Positions 37,550 to 47,334 of a stretch of 64,000 bases of DNA are shown piece after piece. The notes below the pieces were generated by a model that saw only the letters and a program-made list of their open reading frames with translations, had not been told where the DNA came from and ran no database searches. How positions within the stretch are numbered: position 1 is the first letter of the stretch; each line of letters opens with the position of its first letter. Both the position numbers and the translations under genes were made by a program. Source of the stretch: Clostridia bacterium (lineage in GTDB: Bacteria; Bacillota; Clostridia; Oscillospirales; SIG627); assembly GCA_017440805.1 (NCBI GenBank), contig JAFSGN010000021.1, positions 510-64,509 on the forward strand. Direction: 5' to 3'.

Positions 37550-38914
37550 ATGAATGAAAGAGAAAAATTTTCATCAAGACTCGGATTTATTCTCATTTCC
37601 GCAGGATGTTCAATAGGACTTGGAAATGTATGGCGTTTTCCGTATATTGTAGGAGAATACGGAGGAGCCGCCTTTGTTCTTGTGTATTTGTTTTTTCTTG
37701 TGGCAATCGGACTGCCTATTATGGCAATGGAATTTTCTGTAGGAAGAGCAAGCAGGAAAAGTGTTGCTTCCGGATTTAAGGTTCTGCAGCCTGAAAAAAC
37801 AAAGTGGCATTTGTTCGGATATGTTGCAATGGGCGGGAATTACCTTCTTATGATGTTTTATAACACCATTGGCGGGTGGATGATTGCTTACTTCTTCAAA
37901 ATGCTTAAAGGCAAATTTGATGGAGTGGACTCAAATCAGGTAGAAAACATTTATCATAAAATGGTTGAAAGTCCGCAGGAGACGGTTTTCTGGACAATTG
38001 TTGTGGTTGTTCTGGGTTTTGGCATATGTTCATTGGGACTGAAAAACGGTGTTGAGCGAATTACAAAGGTTATGATGTCAAGCCTTTTTATTATAATGAT
38101 TATTCTTGTGGTACGCTCGTTTACACTTCCGGGTATGGCAGAAGGGTTGTCTTTTTACCTTAAACCTGATTTTTCAAAAATGGCGCAAGCAGGTATATTC
38201 AATGTGATATCTGCTGCCATGGGTCAGGCATTTTTTACACTCAGCATAGGTATGGGCTCAATGCAGATTTTCGGCAGTTATATTGATAAACAACGCTCAC
38301 TTACAGGAGAAGCACTCAGCATAATGGCATTAGATACATTTGTGGCGATACTTTCGGGTTTGATTGTGTTTCCCGCATGTTTTTCCTTTGGCGTAAGTCC
38401 TGAAAGCGGACCAAATCTTGTGTTCATTACTTTGCCGAATATATTCAATTCCATGCAGGGCGGAAGAATATGGGGTACATTGTTTTTTGCCTTTATGTCA
38501 TTTACCGCACTTTCAACAACAATAGCCGTTTTTGAGAATATTATTTCTTTTGCCGTTGATTTGTGGGGAACAACAAGAAAGAAAGCAGTTTTATTTAATT
38601 TACCGGCAGTTATTATTCTTTCCCTGCCTTGTGCTCTCGGTTTTAATCTTCTGAGCGATATACAGCCGTTGGGTGCGGGCTCAACCATTATGGATTTGGA
38701 AGACTTTATAGTTAGCAATAATATTTTACCTTTGGGAGCATTGGTGTATGTTGCTTTTTGTGTTACAAAACACGGATGGGGCTGGGAAAACTTCTACAAC
38801 GAAGTTAATACCGGGAAGGGAATACACTACCCGTCATGGCTTAAAAATTACCTCAAATATGTAATTGTTCCCGTTGTGCTGTTTATATTTGTACAGGGTT
38901 ATATATCAATATGA
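37550..38914 (+). CDS. Sodium-dependent transporter, SNF (neurotransmitter:sodium symporter) family
   Basis: MNEREKFSSRLGFILISAGCSIGLGNVWRFPY is the canonical NSS N-terminal motif. Confidence 0.9.
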   Translation: MNEREKFSSRLGFILISAGCSIGLGNVWRFPYIVGEYGGAAFVLVYLFFLVAIGLPIMAMEFSVGRASRKSVASGFKVLQPEKTKWHLFGYVAMGGNYLLMMFYNTIGGWMIAYFFKMLKGKFDGVDSNQVENIYHKMVESPQETVFWTIVVVVLGFGICSLGLKNGVERITKVMMSSLFIIMIILVVRSFTLPGMAEGLSFYLKPDFSKMAQAGIFNVISAAMGQAFFTLSIGMGSMQIFGSYIDKQRSLTGEALSIMALDTFVAILSGLIVFPACFSFGVSPESGPNLVFITLPNIFNSMQGGRIWGTLFFAFMSFTALSTTIAVFENIISFAVDLWGTTRKKAVLFNLPAVIILSLPCALGFNLLSDIQPLGAGSTIMDLEDFIVSNNILPLGALVYVAFCVTKHGWGWENFYNEVNTGKGIHYPSWLKNYLKYVIVPVVLFIFVQGYISI

Positions 38915-38944
38915 AAAATGAATTGAAAAATATTGCAATTTTAC

Positions 38945-38973
38945 TTGAATTTTGTGACATATTATGTTATAAT
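38945..38973 (+). promoter_or_regulatory. Candidate sigma-A promoter for hom-pheST
   Basis: TTGAAT-17 nt-TATAAT with the TG extended -10. Confidence 0.5.
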
Positions 38974-39011
38974 AAGATGTTATGAATAAAATAGGACAAA
39001 AAGGAGAAAAA

Positions 39012-40208
39012 ATGGTCAATATCGCTATACTTGGTTTCGGTGTTGTAGGTTCCGGCGTGTACGAAATGATTAAAAACAATAAAGCAGTGCTTACAGAAAC
39101 CTGCGGTTGTGAAATCAATGTCAGGTATGTGCTTGATATAAGAGATTTTTCGTCACATCCTGAAGCCGAAAAGTTTACTAAAAATATAAAAGATATCCTG
39201 GATGACCCGGATGTATCCGTGGTGGTAGAGGCAATGGGAGGTTCACACCCCGCCTACGAATACACAATGGATTGTCTTAATGCCAAAAAGAGTGTTGTCA
39301 CCTCAAACAAGGAGGTTGTGGCAACTTTCGGAAAAACATTTCTCAGTTGTGCAAATCAAAACGGCGTAAGTTATCTTTATGAGGCGAGTGTTGGCGGCGG
39401 AATACCGGTATTGCACCCACTTCTTAAGTGCCTGAGCGGAAATGAAATTGTAAAAGCGTACGGTATTCTCAACGGCACTACAAACTACATTCTCACTCAG
39501 ATGTTTAAAAATCAGAAATCTTACGAAAGCGCTCTCCGGGAAGCACAGGAAAAAGGATATGCAGAACGCGATCCCCGTGCAGATGTGGAAGGCATAGATA
39601 CTTGCCGTAAGATATGTATTATATCCGATATTGCTTTTGGCGGATTTGTTGACCCTGATGCTGTTCATACAGAGGGCATAACCGCTGTCAGCGGGGAAGA
39701 TGTATCTTATGCTGAAAGCCGTTCATGCTCTATCAAACTTCTGGGATATACCAAAAAAAGAGAAGACGGTATAGTTGTGATTGTTGCTCCGTTTATGGTT
39801 AGTAAGGATTTTATACTTTCAAATGTAGACGATGTGTACAACGCCGTTACAATTCACGGAAATGCAGTTGAAGATGTAACCTTCTGTGGCAGAGGGGCAG
39901 GAAAATTCCCGACCGCTTCCGCTATGGTGGGAGACATCATAGATATTGTAAACAACACTGCCGGAAAAAACAGGGAATTTGGCAGAAAAGATGTTAAAGT
40001 TGTGGACTATAAAAGTGAGCCTTTCTCTTTCTATCTTAAACTCAGCGGAAGTTGTGCCGGTATAGAAAAAGTTTTTGAAAACTGCAAGGTGTTGTCGGCA
40101 TCTGATTCATCTGCGGTTATAATAACTGACAAAACAACCCAGTCACAAGTTGAAGATAAAGTGAAAAATGCATCTTTGAAGATAGAACGGCTTATAAGAT
40201 GTCTGTAA
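39012..40208 (+). CDS. hom: Homoserine dehydrogenase
   Basis: MVNIAILGFGVVGSG Rossmann motif, NKEV..., and GILNGTTNYILT. 398 aa with a C-terminal ACT-like region. Confidence 0.9.
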   Translation: MVNIAILGFGVVGSGVYEMIKNNKAVLTETCGCEINVRYVLDIRDFSSHPEAEKFTKNIKDILDDPDVSVVVEAMGGSHPAYEYTMDCLNAKKSVVTSNKEVVATFGKTFLSCANQNGVSYLYEASVGGGIPVLHPLLKCLSGNEIVKAYGILNGTTNYILTQMFKNQKSYESALREAQEKGYAERDPRADVEGIDTCRKICIISDIAFGGFVDPDAVHTEGITAVSGEDVSYAESRSCSIKLLGYTKKREDGIVVIVAPFMVSKDFILSNVDDVYNAVTIHGNAVEDVTFCGRGAGKFPTASAMVGDIIDIVNNTAGKNREFGRKDVKVVDYKSEPFSFYLKLSGSCAGIEKVFENCKVLSASDSSAVIITDKTTQSQVEDKVKNASLKIERLIRCL

Positions 40209-40237
40209 TATGTAATTTATAAGAAGGAAGAAACAAA

Positions 40238-41257
40238 ATGAAAGAAAAGTTACAACAGATTAAACTTGCTGCTCAGGCTGAACTGGAAAAACTGTGTGAT
40301 GCTGACCAACTGGAGCAGTTCAAGGTAAAGTATCTCGGAAAAAAAGGCGAACTCACCGCAATTTTGCGTTCTATGAGCGGTATTTCTGCAGAGGAACGAC
40401 CTATTATTGGTCAACTGGCAAACCAGATAAGAAGTGAAATTGAAACACTTGTTGATGAGAAACGCACACTGCTTGCAGAAAGTGCAATGAAACATAAACT
40501 CGAAGCCGAAAAAATTGATGTAACAATTCCCGGAAAAAAACGCCCCCTCGGGCATACTCATCCTGTCACATCAACGGCACGGGAAATAGAAAAAATATTT
40601 ATCAACATGGGCTTTGATGTTGTTGATGGCCCCGAAATAGAATATGTAAGCAACAATTTTGACGCCCTTAACGCGCCTGACAATCATCCTTCCCGTGATA
40701 TGACAGACACTTTCTATATTAACCCTGAAATACTTTTAAGAACTCAGACTTCACCTGTTCAGGCAAGAATTATGAGGGATAATAAGCCTCCGATTCGTGT
40801 TATCTGCCCGGGCAGAGTATATCGTTCGGACGAGGTTGATGCAACTCACTCTCCAATGTTTCATCAGATGGAGGGACTTGTTGTAGATAAGAACATAGTT
40901 ATGGGAGACCTTAAAGGAACTCTTGAAGTATTTGCAAAAAATATGTTTGGAAACGATACAAGGATAAGATTCCGTCCTCATCATTTTCCGTTTACAGAGC
41001 CTTCTGCAGAGGTTGATATTTCCTGCTTTGTATGCGGCGGAAAAGGTTGCCGTCTGTGTAAGGGCGAGGGATGGATTGAAATTCTCGGGGCAGGTATGGT
41101 TCACCCCAATGTTCTCCGTAACTGCGGTATTGACCCCGAAGAATACTCGGGATTTGCATTTGGTATGGGTATTGAGCGTATCGCTATGAGAAAATATAAT
41201 ATTGACGACTTGCGCCTTTTGTATGAAAACGATATGCGCTTCCTGTCACAGTTTTAA
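40238..41257 (+). CDS. pheS: Phenylalanine-tRNA ligase alpha subunit
   Basis: 339 aa. HPVT...DTFY...[16 protein letters not shown]...[10 protein letters not shown]. Confidence 0.97.
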   Translation: MKEKLQQIKLAAQAELEKLCDADQLEQFKVKYLGKKGELTAILRSMSGISAEERPIIGQLANQIRSEIETLVDEKRTLLAESAMKHKLEAEKIDVTIPGKKRPLGHTHPVTSTAREIEKIFINMGFDVVDGPEIEYVSNNFDALNAPDNHPSRDMTDTFYINPEILLRTQTSPVQARIMRDNKPPIRVICPGRVYRSDEVDATHSPMFHQMEGLVVDKNIVMGDLKGTLEVFAKNMFGNDTRIRFRPHHFPFTEPSAEVDISCFVCGGKGCRLCKGEGWIEILGAGMVHPNVLRNCGIDPEEYSGFAFGMGIERIAMRKYNIDDLRLLYENDMRFLSQF

Positions 41258-41271
41258 GGAGGTAAAGTAAG

Positions 41272-43668
41272 ATGAATTTATCATTTGACTGGCTTAAAGA
41301 TTTTGTTGATGTTGAAAAACTTCCGACTCCCAAACAGTACTGTGACCGAATGACTGATACAGGCTCCAAAGTTGAAGGGTTTGAACTTTTGGGCGAAGAT
41401 ATTGAGAATGTTGTGGTAGGAAAGATAGTTTCTACCGAAAAACATCCGGATGCAGATCGTCTCACAATATGCCAGATTGATTTGGGCGAAAGCGAACTTG
41501 TTCAGATAGTTACAGGTGCTGATAACATTAATGCAGGTGACCTTGTACCTGTTGCTAAAAATGGTTCAACACTCCCCGGTGGTGTTAAAATTAAATCAGG
41601 TAAACTTCGCGGTGTACCGTCAAATGGTATGCTTTGTTCAATTGGTGAACTTAACCTTACAGTACGGGATGTTCCTTATGCAGTAGAGGATGGTATTCTC
41701 ATACTTCAGGAAGATTGCAAAGTAGGTGACGATATAAGGGATGTTCTCAATCTCAGAGACACCGTTGTTGAATTTGAAATCACACCCAACCGACCTGATT
41801 GTAACTCTGTTATAGGTCTTGCAAGAGAAACTGCTGCTTCATTTAATCTTCCTTTTGATTTGAAAGAACCTCAGGTTAAAGGCTCGGGCGACGATATAAA
41901 AAACTATGTAAGTGTTGAGGTCCGGGATAATGACCTTTGCCCCCGATATTCCTGCAAAGTCGTAAAGAATGTTAAAATAAAACCTTCACCCAAATGGATG
42001 AGAACAAGGCTTCGTGCCATGGGTGTGAGACCTATAAATAATATCGTTGACATTACAAACTATGTTATGCTTGAATACGGACAGCCTATGCACGCTTTCG
42101 ATTATAACTATATTGATGGCGGAAAAATTGTAGTCCGCCGTGCTGCAGAGGGCGAAACCGTTACCACACTTGACGGTACAGAGAGAAATCTCACAACCGA
42201 TATGCTCACAATATGCGATGCTAAAAAACCGGTTGGTCTTGCAGGTGTAATGGGTGGCGAAAACAGCGAAATAAACGACAATACAACCACCATAGTGTTT
42301 GAATCTGCAAATTTTGACGGTACCTCAATTCGCCTTACTTCACGGGCACTTGGACTTCGTACCGAAAGTTCGGGAAGATACGAAAAAGGTCTTGACACAG
42401 AAAATACTTTACCCGCACTCCTCAGAGCATGCGAACTTGTTGAAATGCTTGAGGCAGGCGATGTGGTAGACGGTATTATTGATATTTACCCTGTAAAATA
42501 CGCAGAAAGAAAAATTGAGTTCTGCCCTGAAAAAATCAACAGACTTTTGGGACTTTCACTTTCTCGGAGTGAAATGGTTGATATACTTACATCTTTGCAT
42601 TTCATTATAGACTGTGATGTTCTTACTCCGCCCTCATATCGTGCCGATGTGGAACAAATGGCGGATATTGCAGAGGAAATTGCAAGAATTTACGGATATA
42701 ACAGTATCCCGTCTACAAACTTCAAGTGTGAGGTAAGACGCGGAGGATATACACCTTTCACGGAATACAAGAATACTCTTGAAACAGTTGCACAGTCTCT
42801 TGGCTTTTCCGAAATCCAGACATATTCTTTTGTAAGTCCTAAGACATTTGATTTGTTGAATTTGGCGGAAGATTCACCGGCAAGATGCGCTGTTAAAATA
42901 ATCAATCCTCTTGGAGAGGATACAAGTGTAATGCGTACTACCGCGATAGGCTCCATGCTGGAAGTTCTTTCTCATAACCGTAATTTCCGCAATCCTTCGG
43001 TTTGCCTTTACGAGTTTGCAAAAATCTATATATCAGATGAACCTACACTTTCCTCGGGAAAACTTCCTGAAGAAAAGACAAATCTTATAATGGCGTTCTA
43101 TGATAATGGCGATTTTTATGATATGAAAGGTGTTACCGATGCCATTATGAATGCAAGCGGTGTTGTGGGATATGAATATATTTCCTGCACGGACAACACT
43201 ACCTTCCATCCGGGAAGATGTGCGGTTATAAAGGCTGAGGATAAGATATATGCTACAATAGGACAGATTCATCCTTCTGTACTTAAGAATTATTCAATTG
43301 ACCTTCCCGTATATCTTGCAGAAATTGATGTTAACTTACTGTTTGCAGATGCGGGAGCAGAAAAGCAATATAAACCTCTTCCCAAATTTCCTGCAATCAC
43401 CCGTGACCTGGCTTTTGTGTGCGATTCTTCAATCGAGGTAGGACAACTTGAAAAATGCATTTCCAAATATGCCGGCTCAAAACTTGTAGAGGTTACACTT
43501 TTTGATATTTACACCGGTGAGCGTCTTGGGGAAGGCAAAAAAAGTGTTGCATTCAGTCTTACTCTCCGTGATGACAATAAAACACTTACCGATGAAGATG
43601 CGGATAAAATCACAGGCAAAGTTATAAAAGGAATGGAATATGATTTGAACGCAGTCCTTCGTTCGTAA
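41272..43668 (+). CDS. pheT: Phenylalanine-tRNA ligase beta subunit
   Basis: 798 aa. MNLSFDWLKDFVD, tRNA-binding, B3/4, B5 and FDX-ACB regions. Confidence 0.97.
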   Translation: MNLSFDWLKDFVDVEKLPTPKQYCDRMTDTGSKVEGFELLGEDIENVVVGKIVSTEKHPDADRLTICQIDLGESELVQIVTGADNINAGDLVPVAKNGSTLPGGVKIKSGKLRGVPSNGMLCSIGELNLTVRDVPYAVEDGILILQEDCKVGDDIRDVLNLRDTVVEFEITPNRPDCNSVIGLARETAASFNLPFDLKEPQVKGSGDDIKNYVSVEVRDNDLCPRYSCKVVKNVKIKPSPKWMRTRLRAMGVRPINNIVDITNYVMLEYGQPMHAFDYNYIDGGKIVVRRAAEGETVTTLDGTERNLTTDMLTICDAKKPVGLAGVMGGENSEINDNTTTIVFESANFDGTSIRLTSRALGLRTESSGRYEKGLDTENTLPALLRACELVEMLEAGDVVDGIIDIYPVKYAERKIEFCPEKINRLLGLSLSRSEMVDILTSLHFIIDCDVLTPPSYRADVEQMADIAEEIARIYGYNSIPSTNFKCEVRRGGYTPFTEYKNTLETVAQSLGFSEIQTYSFVSPKTFDLLNLAEDSPARCAVKIINPLGEDTSVMRTTAIGSMLEVLSHNRNFRNPSVCLYEFAKIYISDEPTLSSGKLPEEKTNLIMAFYDNGDFYDMKGVTDAIMNASGVVGYEYISCTDNTTFHPGRCAVIKAEDKIYATIGQIHPSVLKNYSIDLPVYLAEIDVNLLFADAGAEKQYKPLPKFPAITRDLAFVCDSSIEVGQLEKCISKYAGSKLVEVTLFDIYTGERLGEGKKSVAFSLTLRDDNKTLTDEDADKITGKVIKGMEYDLNAVLRS

Positions 43669-43695
43669 AATTTAAAACAAAACATGACGACAATG

Positions 43696-43726
43696 AAAAG
43701 CGTATTGCAAAAGCGGTACGCTTTTT
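43696..43726 (+). terminator. Terminator after pheT
   Basis: AAAAGCGTA-12 nt-TACGCTTTTT. Confidence 0.7.
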
Positions 43727-43783
43727 ACATCGTTTTCGACAGTATACATATGTAACCAATGGTTGAAAACTCAAAAAATTGTA

Positions 43784-43812
43784 TTGACAAGAGTTGCGGT
43801 TTGGATTATAAT
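43784..43812 (+). promoter_or_regulatory. Consensus sigma-A promoter upstream of ppk2
   Basis: TTGACA-17 nt-TATAAT. Confidence 0.55.
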
Positions 43813-43867
43813 TTATGTATAAAAAGATGCGGATATGCCTATACTCTCAAAAGGAAAGAGGGATGTT

Positions 43868-45367
43868 ATGCTATATAGTGCAAATCTTGACAGCGTACTT
43901 GAAAAAGAAGAATATTTATGTCTTATGGAGCCGCTCAGACAAAAGATACAAACACTGGGACAACTTGTTAAAAGCGAGAAAATTCCCGTAATTATAATCT
44001 TTGAAGGCTGGGGTGCTTCGGGAAAAGGAAGTTTTATATCAGATATAATAGAAAATCTCGATCCGAGACATTTCAAGGTTTATTCAATTGATGCACCTAC
44101 CGATACCGAAAAAAGAATGCCGCCGTTGTGGCGTTTCTGGTCACGCATTCCGTCAAGCGGTCAGATAGCACTTTTTGACAGAAGTTGGTATTATGATGTT
44201 TCGGTGGGAAAGATTGATAACAATATTGATGACGAAACGGCAGATGAATATATTAATAATATCCGTATATTTGAAAGGCAACTTACAGATAACGGCTATC
44301 TTGTCATAAAACTGTTCTTGCATATAGGAAAAGAAGAACAGGCAAAACGGTTTATAAAATTAAAAAGCGATTTTTCAACAGCATGGCGTGTTGTAGACAG
44401 GGATATTAAACGGCATAAAAAGTATGAGGCACATTTCAAGGCTTTTGATAATATGCTGTCTCTTACAAATACGGATTATGCTCCCTGGACTGTGGTTGAG
44501 GCAAATGACAGAAAATTTGCCCGGGTAAAAATCTTTAATACAATTATCTCCAGAGTTGAAGAGATGATTGAAAAGAAGAAGCAGGAACATAGCACATCTG
44601 AGGACATTCCGTCTCCGAAGCACAATGTTATAAAAATGCCGCTTATTTCGGAAATCTCTCTTGATAAGAGTATCGATCCTGCGGAATACAAAGAGATACT
44701 CAGAGAGGAACAGGCAAAACTAAGAACACTTCATAATATTATCTACCAAAGAAAAATTCCTATAATAATAGTGTATGAGGGATGGGATGCGGCAGGAAAG
44801 GGCGGAAACATCAAGCGGATTGCACAGGCACTGGATCCCAGAGGCTACGAGGTTGTACCTATTTCTGCTCCCAGTCATGTTGAACTTGCTCACCATTATA
44901 TGTGGAGATTTTGGAACAACCTGCCTAAAACAGGACATATTCAGATTTTTGACCGTTCCTGGTATGGAAGAGTAATGGTGGAACGCATAGAAAAATACAC
45001 TCCTCCTCATATATGGAAACTGGCATATAATGAAATATGTGAATTCGAGAAATATCTTTACGATTGGGGAGCAATAATTGTAAAGTTCTGGATACACATT
45101 GATAAGGACGAGCAATTACGACGCTTTGAACACCGTCAGAACACACCCGAGAAAAGATGGAAAATAACCGATGAAGACTGGCGTAACCGTGAAAAATGGG
45201 AACAGTACGAAATGTGTTGCAACGATATGTTAAAATATACATCTACAGAGTATGCACCATGGACGGTTATTGAATCAAATGATAAAAAGTATGCAAGGAT
45301 AAAAGCAATAAAAACTCTTATAAATGCTATTGAAGAAAGACTTGAGAGAGAGGATAATTTATTTTGA
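43868..45367 (+). CDS. ppk2: Two-domain polyphosphate kinase 2 (class II, polyphosphate:AMP phosphotransferase type)
   Basis: Two tandem PPK2 domains, each with a Walker A-like motif (FEGWGASGKGS and YEGWDAAGKGG) and a DRSWY motif. The start is at the ATG behind SD AGAGGGA. Confidence 0.88.
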   Translation: MLYSANLDSVLEKEEYLCLMEPLRQKIQTLGQLVKSEKIPVIIIFEGWGASGKGSFISDIIENLDPRHFKVYSIDAPTDTEKRMPPLWRFWSRIPSSGQIALFDRSWYYDVSVGKIDNNIDDETADEYINNIRIFERQLTDNGYLVIKLFLHIGKEEQAKRFIKLKSDFSTAWRVVDRDIKRHKKYEAHFKAFDNMLSLTNTDYAPWTVVEANDRKFARVKIFNTIISRVEEMIEKKKQEHSTSEDIPSPKHNVIKMPLISEISLDKSIDPAEYKEILREEQAKLRTLHNIIYQRKIPIIIVYEGWDAAGKGGNIKRIAQALDPRGYEVVPISAPSHVELAHHYMWRFWNNLPKTGHIQIFDRSWYGRVMVERIEKYTPPHIWKLAYNEICEFEKYLYDWGAIIVKFWIHIDKDEQLRRFEHRQNTPEKRWKITDEDWRNREKWEQYEMCCNDMLKYTSTEYAPWTVIESNDKKYARIKAIKTLINAIEERLEREDNLF

Positions 45368-45813
45368 GTAAATTTAAAGAACTGTATGATACATTGCCCA
45401 ATACAGAATGGGTTAACTTTTCGGCACCGGCATCCAAAGAGGACATAGCCTCTGTTAAAAATAATTTAGGCGTATATTTACCGGACGAACTTTACAGATT
45501 TTATCTCGAAAGCAATGGGGATGATTGTGCGATTTTTCCGGTCAGCAGACTGATAAGTGAAAATCAGGATTTGAGAAAACTTTCAAAGGAACTCTATATG
45601 CCGCTTGACTGTCTGTTGCTGTTTGGTGACAATGGATGCGGTGACTATTTCGGCTATCCCATTATAGGTGGTGAAACGGAAGAGCACCGTATATACATGT
45701 GGGTGAGGGATACAGATGAAAGAATTCTTGTTGCCAATACTCTGGAAGAATTTATAGGTATATATTACGGTAACGAAGAAGCAGGTAATCAGGTTTTGGG
45801 TGCAAGAATGTAG
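45364..45813 (+). CDS. SMI1/KNR4 (SUKH-1) family protein
   Basis: 149 aa. LPDELYRFYLESNG...LLLFGDNGCGDYFGY is typical of the SUKH fold. A TTG start overlaps the ppk2 stop (TTGA). Confidence 0.68.
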   Translation: MSKFKELYDTLPNTEWVNFSAPASKEDIASVKNNLGVYLPDELYRFYLESNGDDCAIFPVSRLISENQDLRKLSKELYMPLDCLLLFGDNGCGDYFGYPIIGGETEEHRIYMWVRDTDERILVANTLEEFIGIYYGNEEAGNQVLGARM

Positions 45814-45816
45814 AAT

Positions 45817-45858
45817 AATACCGACGAAGTTTATTTCAGACTTCGCCGGTATTTTTTT
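45817..45858 (+). terminator. Terminator after the SUKH gene
   Basis: AATACCGACGAAG-loop-CTTCGCCGGTATT followed by T7 (one mismatch). Confidence 0.75.
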
Positions 45859-45986
45859 GTTATTAATATAATGGGTAAATTTGCTTTCAGGCATTTGTTT
45901 TAATTTACAACCTGTATATTGACTTTTCAATTTGTTATATATATAATGTTATAGGAAAGAAACAGGAGAGGAGAGGAGAGGGCAGA

Positions 45987-46946
45987 ATGTCAAAAAAGAA
46001 AAGAAAAAGTATTGTTCAGGACAAAAGTGTTGATTTTGCCCATTCTCTCGAACAACTCACACCGGAACAAATATCCGGGGATGACGGACACATTCGCAGA
46101 GTGGATGTTATATCTGTTGCGCGAAGGATAATGTTGTTTGTATCTGTTGCTGTTTTTTTTTACTGCTGTTATTATATGACAGACCGGATTGTGTCAAAAT
46201 TCAAGGCAAACAGCGGGTATGAAAATCTAAAGCAAATTTTTTACGGAGACAGCAGTGTTACAGCAGACGGAATGCTTATAAAAAGTGTTCCGGACATTCC
46301 AATATCGTCTATATCAGGAAAATCATACCGGGATGCTGAGGATAAGTCGTTTGGTCAGGATTTTGTTATAAAAAGCAAACTTCAGATTTTGAAAGATATC
46401 AACCCCGATTTGTACGGTTGGATAAAGATTGACGGAACCCGCGTTGACTATCCCATTGTTCAGACAAAGGATAACGAATATTATCTGAATTATACTTTTG
46501 AAAAGGAATATCTGTATTCCGGTACATTATTTGTGGACTGTGCGAATTCAAAATCGCCCGCTGATAATTATAACACCGTTATTTACGGCCATAATATGTC
46601 TGACGGCTCAATGTTTAATACATTATATAATTTCCGTGACAGAAATTTATTCAAAAACGGTCTTATTGAGATAATAACCGATGACGGTATATATATATAT
46701 GAAGTTTTTTCGGTACATACTGTTAAAGAAACGGATCCGTACTTTTTGACATCTTTTGCAGACGGTACAGAGGCGGTGGCTTTTGCCGAGAGTATGCAGA
46801 GTCTGTCAATATACAACAAAAAAATGGAGTTTACCGAAAATGACCGTTTTATTACGCTCAGTACCTGCACAAATATACGGGCAGACGAGAGATTTGCGAT
46901 ACATGGAAGACTGATTTTACCGCCAAGAGAGGAAATTGATTTATAA
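45987..46946 (+). CDS. srtB: Class B sortase with an extended N-terminal cytoplasmic/TM region
   Basis: DYPIVQTKDNEYYLNYTF...VIYGHNM...ITLSTC...R are SrtB-type motifs (His, TLSTC Cys, Arg). Confidence 0.83.
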   Translation: MSKKKRKSIVQDKSVDFAHSLEQLTPEQISGDDGHIRRVDVISVARRIMLFVSVAVFFYCCYYMTDRIVSKFKANSGYENLKQIFYGDSSVTADGMLIKSVPDIPISSISGKSYRDAEDKSFGQDFVIKSKLQILKDINPDLYGWIKIDGTRVDYPIVQTKDNEYYLNYTFEKEYLYSGTLFVDCANSKSPADNYNTVIYGHNMSDGSMFNTLYNFRDRNLFKNGLIEIITDDGIYIYEVFSVHTVKETDPYFLTSFADGTEAVAFAESMQSLSIYNKKMEFTENDRFITLSTCTNIRADERFAIHGRLILPPREEIDL

Positions 46947-46963
46947 ATTGTAAAAAAATTGTT

Positions 46964-46990
46964 AAAAAGCAACAGGCAATGTTGCTTTTT
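46964..46990 (+). terminator. Terminator after srtB
   Basis: AAAAAGCAAC-aggcaat-GTTGCTTTTT. Confidence 0.8.
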
Positions 46991-47004
46991 ATTATATTAT
47001 ATGG

Positions 47005-47334
47005 TATAATATCGTCGTTTGATGTGCGATGAAGCGGGAGGTTGCTGCTTATGCAGGTAATTTCCGCAGAGTATGTCCGAATTAACCGGGCGACAGCAGA
47101 ACTTAGCTGAACACAAAATATTAATTGTTTTGGATAACCCATGGGTATTCCTGTGCGGTTCCGTGTGGCAATTTGTGTTTGTGTAACCCCGAATTTTAAG
47201 GAAACTTAAAGTTCGGATTTATTATTGGGTGGTATGAAACACCCGGATGCGTTGTTCAGAATTTTCTGGGTCCCCAACAAATATCTGCATTGCTCCGGTG
47301 CGGGCGTGCAGCAATTTTTGAAGGAGGCAAAATC
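47005..47334 (+). promoter_or_regulatory. S10-operon promoter (-10 at 47005-47010) and a roughly 320-nt structured 5' leader
   Basis: TTGCTT-17 nt-TATAAT with TGg extended -10. The leader has no ORF. It contains a terminator-like hairpin at 47189-47216 (CCGAATTTTAAG-gaaa-CTTAAAGTTCGG, then ATTTATTATT) and a weaker hairpin plus T4 at about 47289-47319, just before the SD. Confidence 0.45.

Noticed and set aside
46991-47225. The first 200 nt of the rpsJ upstream region as a known housekeeping ncRNA (6S, SRP, tmRNA or RNase P).
   Set aside because: None of the diagnostic conserved motifs is present: the SRP GGAA/AGCA domain IV, the RNase P GAGGAAAGUCC, or the tmRNA tag with a CCA end. It is kept only as an unclassified leader candidate.
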